From contig NC_058368.1 in NCBI RefSeq assembly GCF_018350175.1, forward strand, positions 70,930,001 through 70,994,000: DNA of 64,000 nt. The letters are read 5' to 3'. Made by a program: the position numbers and the translations under genes. This document shows, in pieces, positions 23,496 through 35,060 of this stretch (its first letter is position 1; the number at the start of each line of letters is the position of its first letter). The notes under the pieces are model-generated. The model saw nothing but the letters and a program-made list of their open reading frames with translations. It was not told where the DNA came from and did not search any database. The DNA comes from Felis catus. Taxonomy: Eukaryota.

Positions 23496-25346
23496 CCATG
23501 AGGGACAGGAAATTCTCACATGAGGATGGGTAAGAGACCAATAGTGCTGGTCTGCAGTCACACTCATGTAAGTGGCAAGGACTTAGCTCAAATATATGTA
23601 TTTGAGAGACGCTGGCCATATTACCAGTGAATTGAATTTGATTACACTGGGTGAGGTCCAGAACTTGACCATTTTTAAAAGGTCCCTGAGTGATGGCTAT
23701 ATTGAATTCTAGGTGGAAAATCCCTGTAGCATTAGGGATACCTCTAGTTATATTAGTGGCTAATAAAAGTGTATCAGGTGGAGGAGAAAAGGGGGAAAAC
23801 CAGAACAAGGCCAGGAGGACCCCCTTTCAGCCAGAAGAACCCCTGGACTTGCTGAAGGATACATTACCCCCAAAAAGGTCCTTCTGTAGAGAGAACTCAC
23901 CATAAGGCTACCAGATTTTTTCAATTCATCTTAAGCCCCTATTTTGCATATTGTTTGAATACATTTACATGTTGACTATCAAGAGGCCCTAACTTCAAAT
24001 ATGTAAGATAAAATAAAAGAAGTTAGCTCTTGTCACCTACTGCAATTATATTCATACTCAGTAGTCAGTGCTGAGCACAACTCAAGTAGGGAACAGATTT
24101 TGAAACAGCCAGAGATGGGGAAGGAGAGGACATACCAGCAGTACGGGGAGGAAGGAGGCTTGGGGACAGATGCCGAGATGGGCTTTGGCCACCTTCCCAG
24201 TGCCAGCCCCCTCCTGGATCTGAGAGTCCATGATAGAACCAGAAGCCCAGACCCCCTCTACACCTTTATTCTTTTCATTATTCCAAACAGTTTTGCTGCC
24301 TTTGATCTTTTTCCCTTGAGCTTCATTATGTACAGCCTTTAGCCTTCCTGAGCTGCTTGCAGGCCATCCTGTGGGTGCTCTTCCCTGGACCTTCCGGGCA
24401 TGTCCTTTTTCTTTTGTGGCACCTCCCCACAGTGCTCAGCACAATGTGAGTCAAGGCCACTGTGTACAGTTGTGTGGGGTATGCCCTGATCAGGGGCACT
24501 TACAGGGAGGCACGCATTGGGGCTGAGCTTCGACCTGTCTCCATGCACCGAAACATGCTGCCTCGGGAGCAGAAGGCATCTTTTTACCCTTCCACCTGCT
24601 GGAAAGTGTGAGGAGGCACTTTTTTCATATTCGCACAAAGGAACCTGACGTGTGCTGGTGGAGGCCCAGTGCAGGTCCCTCAATGGGTGCTTACGAAGTG
24701 CTTACTGAAGGAGTGAGTGAATGAACAAACGAACAAATGAAGGAGCTCAGTGGAAGGCAGGATCGATAAGAGCCATCTAGGTCTAGGTTTATGAGGCCCT
24801 AAACTCAGATGTAAAAACTGTGTTTGTGGAAAGGATGGAATAAACACAGAGAAGCAGCAGCAGGCAGTGGGTTGGATTCAAGTTTCCAGGATGGCAAAGG
24901 AGAGAGGGAATAAAAATGACCTCCTACCTGTAATGACCACTAAAACGTGACTCTTCCACAAGAAGAATAAGGACAGTGTGTTTGCAAATCAGCCCTACAT
25001 CCCCACCTCTAGATTGCCAACTGTTTTAGATGGTAAGGTAATGTGTGAGGCCCTTGCTGAGCAGGGTGGAGGAGACCTCATCCTGCCCTTCCCTCAGCTC
25101 AAGGTCTAGTTGAGGGTGCTGGAGACAAGACTCTCCTGGTGCAGGGCTGTGCCGACCAGCATCACATATGGGTGACAAGCTTCAGATACTCATAGTAGCT
25201 GTAAGTGCATGATGCTTTACTGCTTGTGGTGAGTTCTCCCCTGTACAAGGTAGCTTGTATATTGCTTCTTGCTGATGAGGAAATTAACACTCGGAGTGAC
25301 ATGGCAGCTTGCTTCTCATCCCATCTTCTGAATGTCAATCACAGCA

Positions 25347-25426
25347 TTGGGTTGAACCATGTAAAATTACCATTTTTGTAGGTCAAAAATGGCATTTAGT
25401 CCCTAAGTTGCATTTGGTCCATCTTA
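25347..25426. mobile_element. MADE2-like mariner MITE
   Basis: ttgggttgaaccatgtaaaattaccatttttgtaggtcaaaaatgg...tggtccatcttaa, about 80 bp with imperfect terminal inverted repeats. Confidence 0.7.
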
Positions 25427-25706
25427 ACACTTTTTTGAGACTTTTCGAATGGTTTTATTGATTTTTTTAAGCCAGTTATGAAAGGAATTTTTTTAAAAGG
25501 AGTGATGCTCTTTCTAGTAAATATGCAACATAGGAAAAAAGTGTGCAGAAGCAGAAAAATCTTAATCCCCAATTCTATAGTTCAGAGGCATCCCTAATAA
25601 CATTTTAATGTATTTCCTTTCAGATATTTTTCTTTGAATTTTTTACAAAGTTGAGATGTTATTGCATATATAATGTTACATCTTCTGTTTAAAAATACAG
25701 TAATTG

Positions 25707-25897
25707 GGGCACCTGGGTGGCTCAGCCAATTGAGCATCCAGCTTTAGCTCAGGTCGTGATCTCACAGTTCCTGGGTTGGGGTCCCACTTTGGGTCCCCTG
25801 CTGTCAGTGTGGAGCCCACTTTGGATCCTCTGTCACCCTTTCTCTCTGCCCCTCCCCTGTTCATGCTCTTTCTCAAAAATAAACAAACATTAAACAA
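25707..25897 (+). mobile_element. CanSINE within an old L1 fragment
   Basis: Head and A tail; AT-rich L1ME-like flanks. Confidence 0.88.
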
Positions 25898-26072
25898 ACC
25901 AATAGTTATTGTAACATTAAATATTTTTATAAGCATAATTCTTAACAATAGCAGCATATTCCATTGAATATACATACTATAATTCATCCAACTTTTGGGC
26001 CTGAAGGTTTTCAGTTTCTTAATATTGTACATATCTAGTCTTATTTCTAGTTACTTTCTTAAGATGGATTCC

Positions 26073-26410
26073 TGTCTATTAGTTCGGTCGAGCAGCTACA
26101 GCAGGATATCATAGACTGGATGACATAAAAAACAGGACTTTATTTCTCACAGTTCTGGAGGCTAAGAAGTCCAAGATCAAACCTCTGATAGATTTGGTGT
26201 CTGATGAGGACTCGCTTCCTTGTTGTTGGTTGTAGATGTCAATCTTTTCGCCGTGTCCTCATGTGGCATCGGGGAAGGGAGCTCTCCGGGGCCTCTTTTC
26301 TAAGGACAGAACCCTTAAGACTTAATCACCTCCCAAAGGCCCCACCTCCAAATACACTGGGGATTAGATTTCAGCATACGAATTTGGGGGAGACACATTC
26401 AATCTATAAC
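26073..26410 (-). mobile_element. MLT1-type MaLR solo LTR
   Basis: tttatttctcacagttctggaggctaagaagtccaagatcaa...taatcacctcccaaaggccccacctccaaatac. Confidence 0.85.
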
Positions 26411-26624
26411 AGTTCCCAAAAGGAATTTTGTCAAATAACGTGAAGTTACTGGCTCAAAAGGTAGGAAACTTTTAAAGTTTTTTGATTTGTATCATCAATT
26501 GCCTTTCCAGAAAGCTTTGTGCCGCTTTGATTAACTTTGCCTTGATAGCAGAACCAGTCCTTCGCTGGTTCTGGTTTGGTTATGAGTGATAAATCCTATA
26601 AGAGTTTAAAGAAGAGAGAGTTTA

Positions 26625-26640
26625 TGTTTATTTATTTATT

Positions 26641-26676
<36 letters not shown>

Positions 26677-26840
26677 TGAGCAGGGGAGGGGCAGAGAGAG
26701 AGGGAGAGAGAAAATCCCAGCAGGCTCCACACTGTCAGCATCGAGCCCAGTGCAGAGCTTGAATTCACGAACTGTGAGATCATGACCTGAGCCGAAACCA
26801 AGAGTTGGACGCTTAACTGACTGAGCCACTCAGGTGTCCC
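26625..26840 (-). mobile_element. CanSINE
   Basis: 19-bp TSD ttaaagaagagagagttta at 26606-26624 and 26841-26859. Confidence 0.93.
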
Positions 26841-27270
26841 TTAAAGAAGAGAGAGTTTAAAGAATAGTTAAGAAAGGCTCAAGGTTGGAGGGGACCTTGA
26901 ACTGAACGTGAAGGATCCTTAATGTTCAAATAAACTGAGAAGGAAGATTTTTCCATCAGAAGCACAGCAGAAGCAAAGGTATTCTGGAAACAATGATTGC
27001 AGCATGTTGTACAGACAGTCATAATCTAAGTTTCCTAGGGTAGATACTTACTGAGTAGGAATAATGAGCTGTAAGTTGAGGAAAGGAATATCAGCTGAGA
27101 GTGAACTTAATCGTACAGGTAGTGAGGAGCTGTTGACAGTTTTTGAGCAGGGGAAGATATGAGCAAAACACCGTTTTATTTTGTTTTGTTTTGTTTTTTT
27201 CAAAACACCGTTTTAATGATTGTAAATACTATCCAAGAAACCAAAAACATCATTAACAGTGACAGGAGAC

Positions 27271-27472
27271 TTTTTTTTAAGTTTATTTATTTTTGAGAGA
27301 GAGAGAGAGAGAGAGTACAAGCAGGGGAAGGACAGAGAGAGAGGGAGAGAGAGAATCCAAAGCAGGCTCCACACTGTCAGCACAGAGCCTGATGAGGAGC
27401 TCGAACCGACAAAGTATGAGATCATAACCTGAGCCAAAGTCTCACTTAACCGACTGAGCCACCCAGGTGCCC
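27271..27472 (-). mobile_element. CanSINE
   Basis: Reverse head, (GA)n and T tail. Confidence 0.92.
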
Positions 27473-27519
27473 TGGCAGGAGATTTCTTAAGTGATCATCT
27501 GTTTTAAATTACACTTCAC

Positions 27520-27925
27520 TGTGGTATACAATGGAATGTTAGCCATCAAAAAGAATAAAATCTTGCCATTTGCAATGATGTGGGTGGAGCTAGAGTGTGT
27601 TATGCTAAATGAAATCAGTCAGAGAGAGATAAATACCGTATGATTTCACTCATATGTGGAATTTAAGAAACAATCAGAACATAAGGGAAGGTGGGGAGAA
27701 GAAGGAGGGGAGAGGGAAACAAACCATAAGAGACTCTTAATGATAGAAAAAAAAACAGGGTTGATGGAGGGAGGTGGGTGGGAGATGGGCTAGATGGGTG
27801 ATGGGTACTAAGGAGGGCACTTGTGAGGAGCACTGGGTGTTGTACGTAAGTGATGATTCAATGAATTCTCCTGAAAAACCAATATTGCACCATTAACTAA
27901 AATATAAATAATTTTTTTAAATAAA
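27520..27925 (+). mobile_element. Carnivore L1 3' end
   Basis: aaaatcttgccatttgcaatgatgtgg...tatgatttcactcatatgtggaatttaagaaaca...gagcactgggtgttgta. Confidence 0.88.
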
Positions 27926-28049
27926 ATCAGACTTCATATAAACATGTTAGGAATGATTTGCTCTAGAGCTTAGCATATGATGGTGGTATGATATACAGCA
28001 TGAGCTATGTCTGGGAGCTCAGTCTTGAGATTCAAATAGTGTAGCTTGG

Positions 28050-28268
28050 GGGCGCCTGGGTGGCTCAGTTGGTTAAGCATCCGACTTCAGTTCAGGTCAT
28101 GATCTCACGGTTCTTGGTTCCAGCCCCACATCAGGCTCTGTGCTGACAGCTTGGAGCCTGGAGCCTGCCTCAGATTCTGTGTCTCCCTCTCTCTCTGCCT
28201 TTCCCCTACTCATGCTCTGTCTCTCTGTCTCACAAGAATGAGAAAATGTTAAAAAAAAAAAAAAAACA
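28050..28268 (+). mobile_element. CanSINE
   Basis: TSD attcaaatagtgtagctt(gg) at 28030 and 28269. Confidence 0.93.
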
Positions 28269-28698
28269 ATTCAAATAGTGTAGCTTGGAGACCACAGTGG
28301 CTGAATCCAAAATGGCACTCAGAAGCTATTTCCTATGAAAGAAATCTCAGTTTTCATGAAATGAAAGTCAGTTGTCAATGGGACAGAGAAGTCCAGATAT
28401 TTACTCTGTCAGGTGAAGTGAGAGGTATAGGAAGGACCCATGAAGCTCTTTCCACTAGAGCCACTCTCATCCTCTTTTTGGGTTTTACACGTGTGGTTAC
28501 AACAAATTATGGTGAAAAGTAATTTTGACTCCCCCCCCCAAGCATTTCCTGGTAAATAAAATTTCATCTCCTTTAATTGTGTTTTTACAAATTTTAAGGA
28601 AATGAATATGTTGCAACTTTTGGTTTCCAGTGTGAATAAGTAAAATGTGATTGTTACTGTTACATAGTTATATTTTCTCCCTTTTTAAAAGATAAACC

Positions 28699-28910
28699 AG
28701 GGGCCCTTGGGTGGCTCAGTCAGTTGAGCATCTGACTCTTGATTTCCACTCAGATCATGATTCCAGGGTCATGGAATTAAGCCCCATGCCAGGCTCTTCA
28801 CTGAGCCTGAAGCTTGCTTGAGATTCTCCCTCTCTACCTCTGCCCCTCTCCCCAACTTGCTCGCTCGCTCTCTCTCTCTCTCTCTCTTTCTCTCAAAAAA
28901 AAAAAAAAAA
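28699..28910 (+). mobile_element. CanSINE
   Basis: Head, (CT)n and A tail. Confidence 0.9.
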
Positions 28911-29413
28911 GCTAGATATTTTCAGTCAATGCAAAATGATGACAGTTCAGTTGTTCTTCAGTTCACTGGCCATAATATATTTTTGTTCATTGTATGTTTT
29001 ATATTAAATAAAGTGTCTTGTAAGACATGTACACTTTTAAAACCCATCTGTATCTCACCATACCTCACGTAGTACAGTGCTTTTGCTATGGAAAAATAAG
29101 ACTAAGACTCAAGTTTTCTTGTGTATTAAGATTGGCCACAAGAAGGAATGGGGGGGGGTCACGCATAGAATTGGTTGGCCAAAGAGTGAATGATTTTTCT
29201 TGAGATTCATTGTCACAAGGCACAGTAATCATGACAGAATATTACAGCTTTGTAAAATACAGATGGCATTAACTTAGGATAAGTACAGCTGACACGTTTT
29301 TGGAAAGGATGATGCAGTTTACTCAGGGCAGAGTAAAACATAGGGCATTTCTGACTTGCTGTGGCTTTAACCTTAACTGGGTGCTTCATGACATATAGCT
29401 TGTCTATTATGGA

Positions 29414-29588
29414 GAGGACTGACTTCATGAATGTATGACCTGCACCATCACACATGGCTCTGTGCTTAGAAGGGTCTGGTGCTTGGTTTGATGTTTTTCT
29501 GTCACCACCTAAAATTCTTAATAAATTTTGAACAAGGGTCTACATTTTCATTTTACTCTGGGACCAACAAGTTATGTAGCTCGTCCTG
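29414..29588. mobile_element. MER91-like hAT-Tip100 MITE
   Basis: aggactgacttcatg...gtgcttagaagggtc...aaattcttaataaattttgaacaagggtctacattttcatttt...gtcctg. Confidence 0.6.
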
Positions 29589-30510
29589 AATGTGAAAACT
29601 GATTTCACCTTCCTTTACCACATATTATGGGCCAAACCATAGCACCTAATTATGGATCAGGTTAGGCGCGAGGGCTGCAGTGAGCCAAACAAGCTTCTGG
29701 CCAACAACTCTTATTTCCACAGGAGGCTAAACTGAATGCAGTAGGGAATGGAAGGAGAGAGAGAGCAGAGGTCAGAAGCAGGCAGGGGCTACTGATATCC
29801 AGACCTAGTTTTCTCATTAAGAACAAACAGCATTCTCTATGCCCACCACCCACACCTGCCAGGCTCTCGCTAAGCACTTCATGTGCCTTATTTCCTTTCA
29901 CTGAAGCCTCTCAATAGTCTGCAAAATTAGTATCGTTTTTATAAATGAAGCACCTGAAGTTTTCAGTGATGAAGTTGGCCACCATTCCAGAGCTAGTAAT
30001 GATCTTTTCTCATTCGTTATCTATTCTGCTCACTTAAGAAGTGGCCAGCCATCCTTGTCTGTTGTTAACATTGAACTTGAATCACTTCTTTGCCTACTTT
30101 AGACTCACTGGCAGAGAGAGGGCCATACACTAATGCTTAACATAGGTTGTTTATTTTCTGTTTTTAGTTTCATATAATTGAAGATAGTAATGTTATTTGG
30201 GACCTTCTGGATATAAATTTCCTTTCTTTTTGTCCATGGGTACTATCTAGATAATATACTAATATTGGAAGTGTTTTTCCAAGATGAAATTGGTACACAC
30301 TTGTTTTCTCTGAAGATCGTCTCAATAAACAGTGCTATGTATTTGTTAAACTTCAGCCAAGATGACATTTTGTTTCTTGGTTATTTGTGTTGTTGTTCTC
30401 CTAGTTGTGCTGTGTGATTGTGATCTGCTGAAATTAGCTTATCATGTTTTCGGTTTTAATTTTGCATTAAAATAAGGTTTTGCAAAAATTCGTAAAGAGA
30501 TCCTATTTTA

Positions 30511-30537
30511 GACTAACACCAATTATGTCTCCTGCAG
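30511..30537 (+). promoter_or_regulatory. Branch point and 3' splice site of CLYBL intron 1
   Basis: GACTAAC at 30511-30517 is one base from TACTAAC, with the branch A at 30516. It is followed by a short pyrimidine tract and CAG. Confidence 0.75.
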
Positions 30538-30724
30538 GAAACCACTTCTGGCAGCTGATGTGCCCAGGGTTGGATACAGTTCCTCCTCCAATCACAAGTA
30601 CATTCCCCGGAGAGCAGTGCTCTATGTACCTGGAAATGATGAAAAGAAAATAAAGAAGATTCCCTCCTTGAATGTAGATTGTGCGGTGCTCGACTGTGAG
30701 GATGGTGTTGCTATGAACAAAAAG
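30538..30724 (+). CDS. CLYBL: CLYBL coding exon 2 (citramalyl-CoA lyase, mitochondrial; HpcH/HpaI aldolase-citrate lyase beta family)
   Basis: Acceptor cctgcag|G at 30537/30538 and donor AAG|gtaata at 30724/30725. After 1 nt it reads 62 codons, KPLLAADVPRVGYSSSSNHKYIPRRAVLYVPGNDEKKIKKIPSLNVDCAVLDCEDGVAMNKK, which I recognise as the CLYBL N-terminal region including the DCEDGV motif. Intron phases are 2 and 0. No other CLYBL exon is visible in the window. Confidence 0.97.
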
Positions 30725-32799
30725 GTAATAGCATGATTTTTCCTTAAGATGGGAAAAAGCAATGGATTGCAATTTGGTGCTGTCTTGGTAGCATTGCTCA
30801 TTAGTTGGAAAGATTCTACCATACTCACCTTTTGCTATTTACTGATATATTCTTGATCAAGCCCTCATAGGGGTTTTGAATGTGTCTCTTTTCTCCAAGA
30901 CAAAGGAAGAACCCAACCAGTGTATACCTTCAGTATATGTGACTGTGTGTATATATTGATAGAGAGATAGACACTGAATCCATTGTGGCTATGATATTTA
31001 CCAGTTTGGGTAAATTATCTAATCTGAAATTTGTGTTGTAAATTTTTAGAGCAGTAAGACACAATGTGGAATTCATGTCTTTTTAATATTGAGTAATGGC
31101 CTTATGGCTTCTGGGATAAGTGCCAAGAAAATAAAAGATAGTCTTCTATGAATAAGTCACCATTTTCCCTACTTAATTTAAGGGAAGCTACACACAGAAC
31201 CTTAGGGTTGCAGCTTTGGGCTGATTTCCTCATGGCCTGACCACAGAACTGAGCCTTAAAATATATCCAGTTGTAAACAGGTACAAAAGGTTCTTACTGG
31301 GTGGTAGCAGAGTGGGTGCTTTTTGCTTCATTTGGTTTACTTAACTTTATTTTCCAGCTTTTTATAATGAACATGGATTTATTCAGTAATTAGGTGAAAT
31401 AATTAGGTGTAAATCATTATAACAATAATTTATGTTTGCATGGAACTTTTTAAGTTAAAAACATGTTTTTACTTGACCTTTGTCTGTCCCTAGACAGTGA
31501 GGCTGTCTGGGAATAGATTGTGGGGCTCAGGGACAGAGGGAGTTGGCCATCTGGATTCATGCCTATCTGGATACTTTCTTGTCTTAAATGATCTGAAATA
31601 GCATGGCCGTACTGTACAACTTTCTTGATTAATTGCTCTCCTTGGAGATTCTAGCAAATATTTGCCTTAATTAAAAAAAAAAGAAGTTAATTTCTAGCAT
31701 CTTCCTAATGGTCAAAGCAAGACTTTCCAAGTATTTGGAAAAGGATTAGAATGAGCGTGTGGAATCTAAAGCGTCTCCTCAACATCTTTGGCATGCCCCA
31801 AGGAAAATACAATTAATCTTCTTTCTCCCAGAGATTAAGGTAAATAGGCCTTTTCTTGAAGGATATAATGTGCTTCCAGTATGCTCCCTTCCAAAACTCA
31901 TGTAGTGCACTCTAAGATTAGATACTAAATTGTAATTTCAGTTCTGTGTGACCCAGGGCAATTCACTTTACTTCTTTGCCTCCATTTCTTATCTATACTG
32001 TGGGATGACAAAATCTTCTTTTGTCAGGGACAGGGATTATTATGAGGAAGAAGTTTGATAAAATGCCTGGGAGTAGCTTGATTTCCTATAGGAAATAGAT
32101 TAGATAAATCCTGTAGTAATCATGATTAGAGGGGAATTTATTTTAGCATGTAGCACAGTGAGCCATTAGGTGCCCTGATAAACTTCTAATTATATTCTTC
32201 ACAAATCTTGAGGCTATCTTCCCGTATCCACCAGAGGATGTTTCCTTCCACCCAGATAAGTTTGAAATATGGTCCATTATTGCCTCACATTTTCTTACTG
32301 TTCACTGGTGTTCTCAAGCTCATCCTTGTACCCAGAGCCACTTCTTAGGAGGAAACTAAGGGAAGGGGAGGGAAGAATTCATGATGGGTGAGACGTGCCC
32401 GCCATCTTTGCGTCTGTATCCAGACAGTGTCTTCATCAGGACGCTTCAGTTCTCTTAATGCAGTTAAACTTTCCATTAATTGCTACTGTTTTATGCATGC
32501 TGAGCTTGGGAGTCAGTTGAATTTCCCTTTCTTACCACAGAAAGTTCTGGCAAACCAGGCTAGTGCTTGTAAAAAATGTTTTCTTAAACTCTCTATCCAG
32601 GACTTAATTTTATCTCATATATGTTATTTCCTAGCCCTTGCCTATCAAGGTCTTTTTGGATTTTGATTTTATTATCCATCATTAATAGCATTTGAGAATT
32701 TGCCAGGCATTTAACAAGTTTCTGATGGAAATGTTGAAGAGGTTGGAGCCAAGTATTGAACAAGCATGCAACTAGAAGCTTCTGATCATGTTTTATTTA

Positions 32800-32925
32800 T
32801 TTATATAGTGCTGACTGACATCCAGGCACTGTTCTAAGGGCTTTAGTTTCATAAACAACCCAGTGAGGTGCTACTGTTATACTCCTTCTACAGATAAGGA
32901 AACTGAGGCATGGAGAGGTCAGTTT
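32800..32925 (-). mobile_element. MIR fragment
   Basis: tacagataaggaaactgaggcatggagaggt MIR core. Confidence 0.75.
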
Positions 32926-33194
32926 CATGGATCAATACTGTGAATATGGTCATTCGATCACCCAACTTTCCTAAAATCCAATCTTTTCATGAGGATATTA
33001 TGAGAGATTTTTATCTAATGCTGTTTCAAAATGAAGATACCATCCCAATTTACCTGCCTAGAAATACCTTCTCCCCCTGAAACTTGCCAGAAAAATGAGG
33101 TTAAGTAGATGAGACTTGATCTTGAAGAACCTGTATCAGTACCTAGTTGTTACCATCTTCTTTTTGAAGTGCTGGAGATAGAAAAGTAGTTAAT

Positions 33195-33268
33195 AGCCTG
33201 CTTAAGATTCTCTCTATCCCTCTCCCTCTGACCCTCCCTTACTCTCTTTCTCTTTCAAAAAAAAAATT
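33195..33268 (+). mobile_element. 5'-truncated CanSINE
   Basis: gcctgcttaagattctctct...A tail. Confidence 0.8.
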
Positions 33269-34052
33269 CGTTTCAGATATTCTTTTTTTATTTTGCTCTA
33301 ATTATAGTTTTGCTAAACTCAACTGTTACTGTCTAATCAATATTTTTCCAGTATTAGAACTTAGTTGCTTCATTTTATATCTCAATTTATTTCTTTTTTA
33401 TTAATAGGCTAATTCAATATTTCATTTGATTGACACTGTGGAGTATGGGCTTGTAATGAAAACAATAAGAGTTCTACAGAGCAGTTTATAAGTGTATAAT
33501 ACCTTCCAGCAGGCTCTAATCCTGTCCTGCTAATCCAATTTGTGTTTAAGTAGCTCCTTCATGTCAAGGATGGCACTAACAGCTCACCTTCCCAAGTATG
33601 GATGATGAAAAGACTGTCTCCATACCCCTCTTATCTTTTTCTTTTCATTGTTAAATGCATGAGGAGATATAGGACTGCATAAGCCACTGCTTGCTGGGAC
33701 ACAGTGAAAATAAGCCAAGTAAGGCAGAAATTTCTGGTGAATCTCCATGACACTTGGGCAACACCAAGAAAGTAGGAGTGGAATAAAGAGAGACAGGATT
33801 CCAGGACTGCTATTTTAGTTGAGTAAATATTTAAGGAAATATTTAAATATATTTAATATGTAAGTTTAAAGATGTAAATTTAGATACTCAATACTCAGGC
33901 ACTGTGACAAGGAGAGGAACCAAGACGATTGCATGATCCCCAACATGGAGGACTCAAAGAGTGGTGGTGAGACACGCAAAATGTAAATAATTATAATCTA
34001 ACCAGATAGGTCTATAAGAACATATATTTTTTATTACCATTTGGTTCTAAGT

Positions 34053-34258
34053 ATTTTTTTAAATGTTAATTTATTTTGAGAGAGAGAGACAAAGAGTACA
34101 CACATGTGCAGTGGAGGGAGGGGCCGAGAGGGAGACACAATCCTAAGTGGGTCCATGCTGTCAGCACAGAGGCCGACTTGGGGCTCAATCCCACGAACCC
34201 TGGGATCATGACTTGAGCCGAAACCAAGAGTTGGACACTTAAATGACTGAGCCCCAGG
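34053..34258 (-). mobile_element. CanSINE
   Basis: TSD ggttctaagta. Confidence 0.9.
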
Positions 34259-34740
34259 TTCTAAGTACTTTTTAATTTGCATTTTGATCTCTTGCTTGAG
34301 CCAGGAGATACTAAAGAGTGCTTCCCAAACTCCCTGTGGTGAAGAACCAATTTGGTTATTTTTATTTGTTGTTGTTACTTTATTTCATTTTTAAGCATTT
34401 GTAATCTATTGCAGATGGATACTTTTATAAAATACAAAAAAAATGAATTTCTAGAAAAATTAAATGTTGCTTGGATGTCATAGCATTGTCGAGTACTATG
34501 GAAGTTTCTAAATTATTACCCACCCATTTCATACTTACCTCCTAGTGTCATGGTCATGATCAGAGTTTGTGGACCCAGAGTGGTCTGCAAACCACAGTTT
34601 GAGTAGCAGGGACTAAGAATTTTTAAATTTTCAAGCATATGAGAGATGTCTTATTTATTCTTCTATTGCTTACCTCTATTGCATGATGAATAGAGAAGGT
34701 GATTTGAATGGTGCTGATTTTTAAAAATTTGTTGAGTTCT

Positions 34741-35044
34741 GGGGTGCCTGGGTGGTTCACTTGGTTAAGCATCTGACTCTTGGGTTTAGCTCAGGTCGTG
34801 ATCTCATGATTCATGATTTCAAGCCCTAAGTCAGGCTCTGTGTTGACAGTACAGAGCCTACTTGCAATTCTCTCTCTCCCTCTTTCTGTCTGCCCCTCCC
34901 CTGCCCACTCTCTCTGTCTCTCTAAAAAAGAAAGGAAAGGAAAGGAAAGGAAAGGAAAGGAAAGGAAAGGAAAGGAAAGGAAAGGAAGGAAGGAAGGAAG
35001 GAAGGAAGGAAGGAAGGAAGGAAGGAAGGAAGGAAGGAAGGAAG
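34741..35044 (+). mobile_element. CanSINE whose tail has become (AAAGG)11(AAGG)14
   Basis: TSD aaatttgttgagttct at 34725-34740 and 35045-35060 encloses the microsatellite at 34931-35041. Confidence 0.93.
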
Positions 35045-35060
35045 AAATTTGTTGAGTTCT

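Larger units (their letters stand above)
1..30537 (+). other. CLYBL: CLYBL intron 1 (partial)
   Basis: Lies upstream of the exon 2 acceptor; no CpG island or exon 1 is seen. Confidence 0.85.

Noticed and set aside
30503..30828. Minus-strand ORFs overlapping the exon
   Set aside because: Antisense shadows of CLYBL exon 2.
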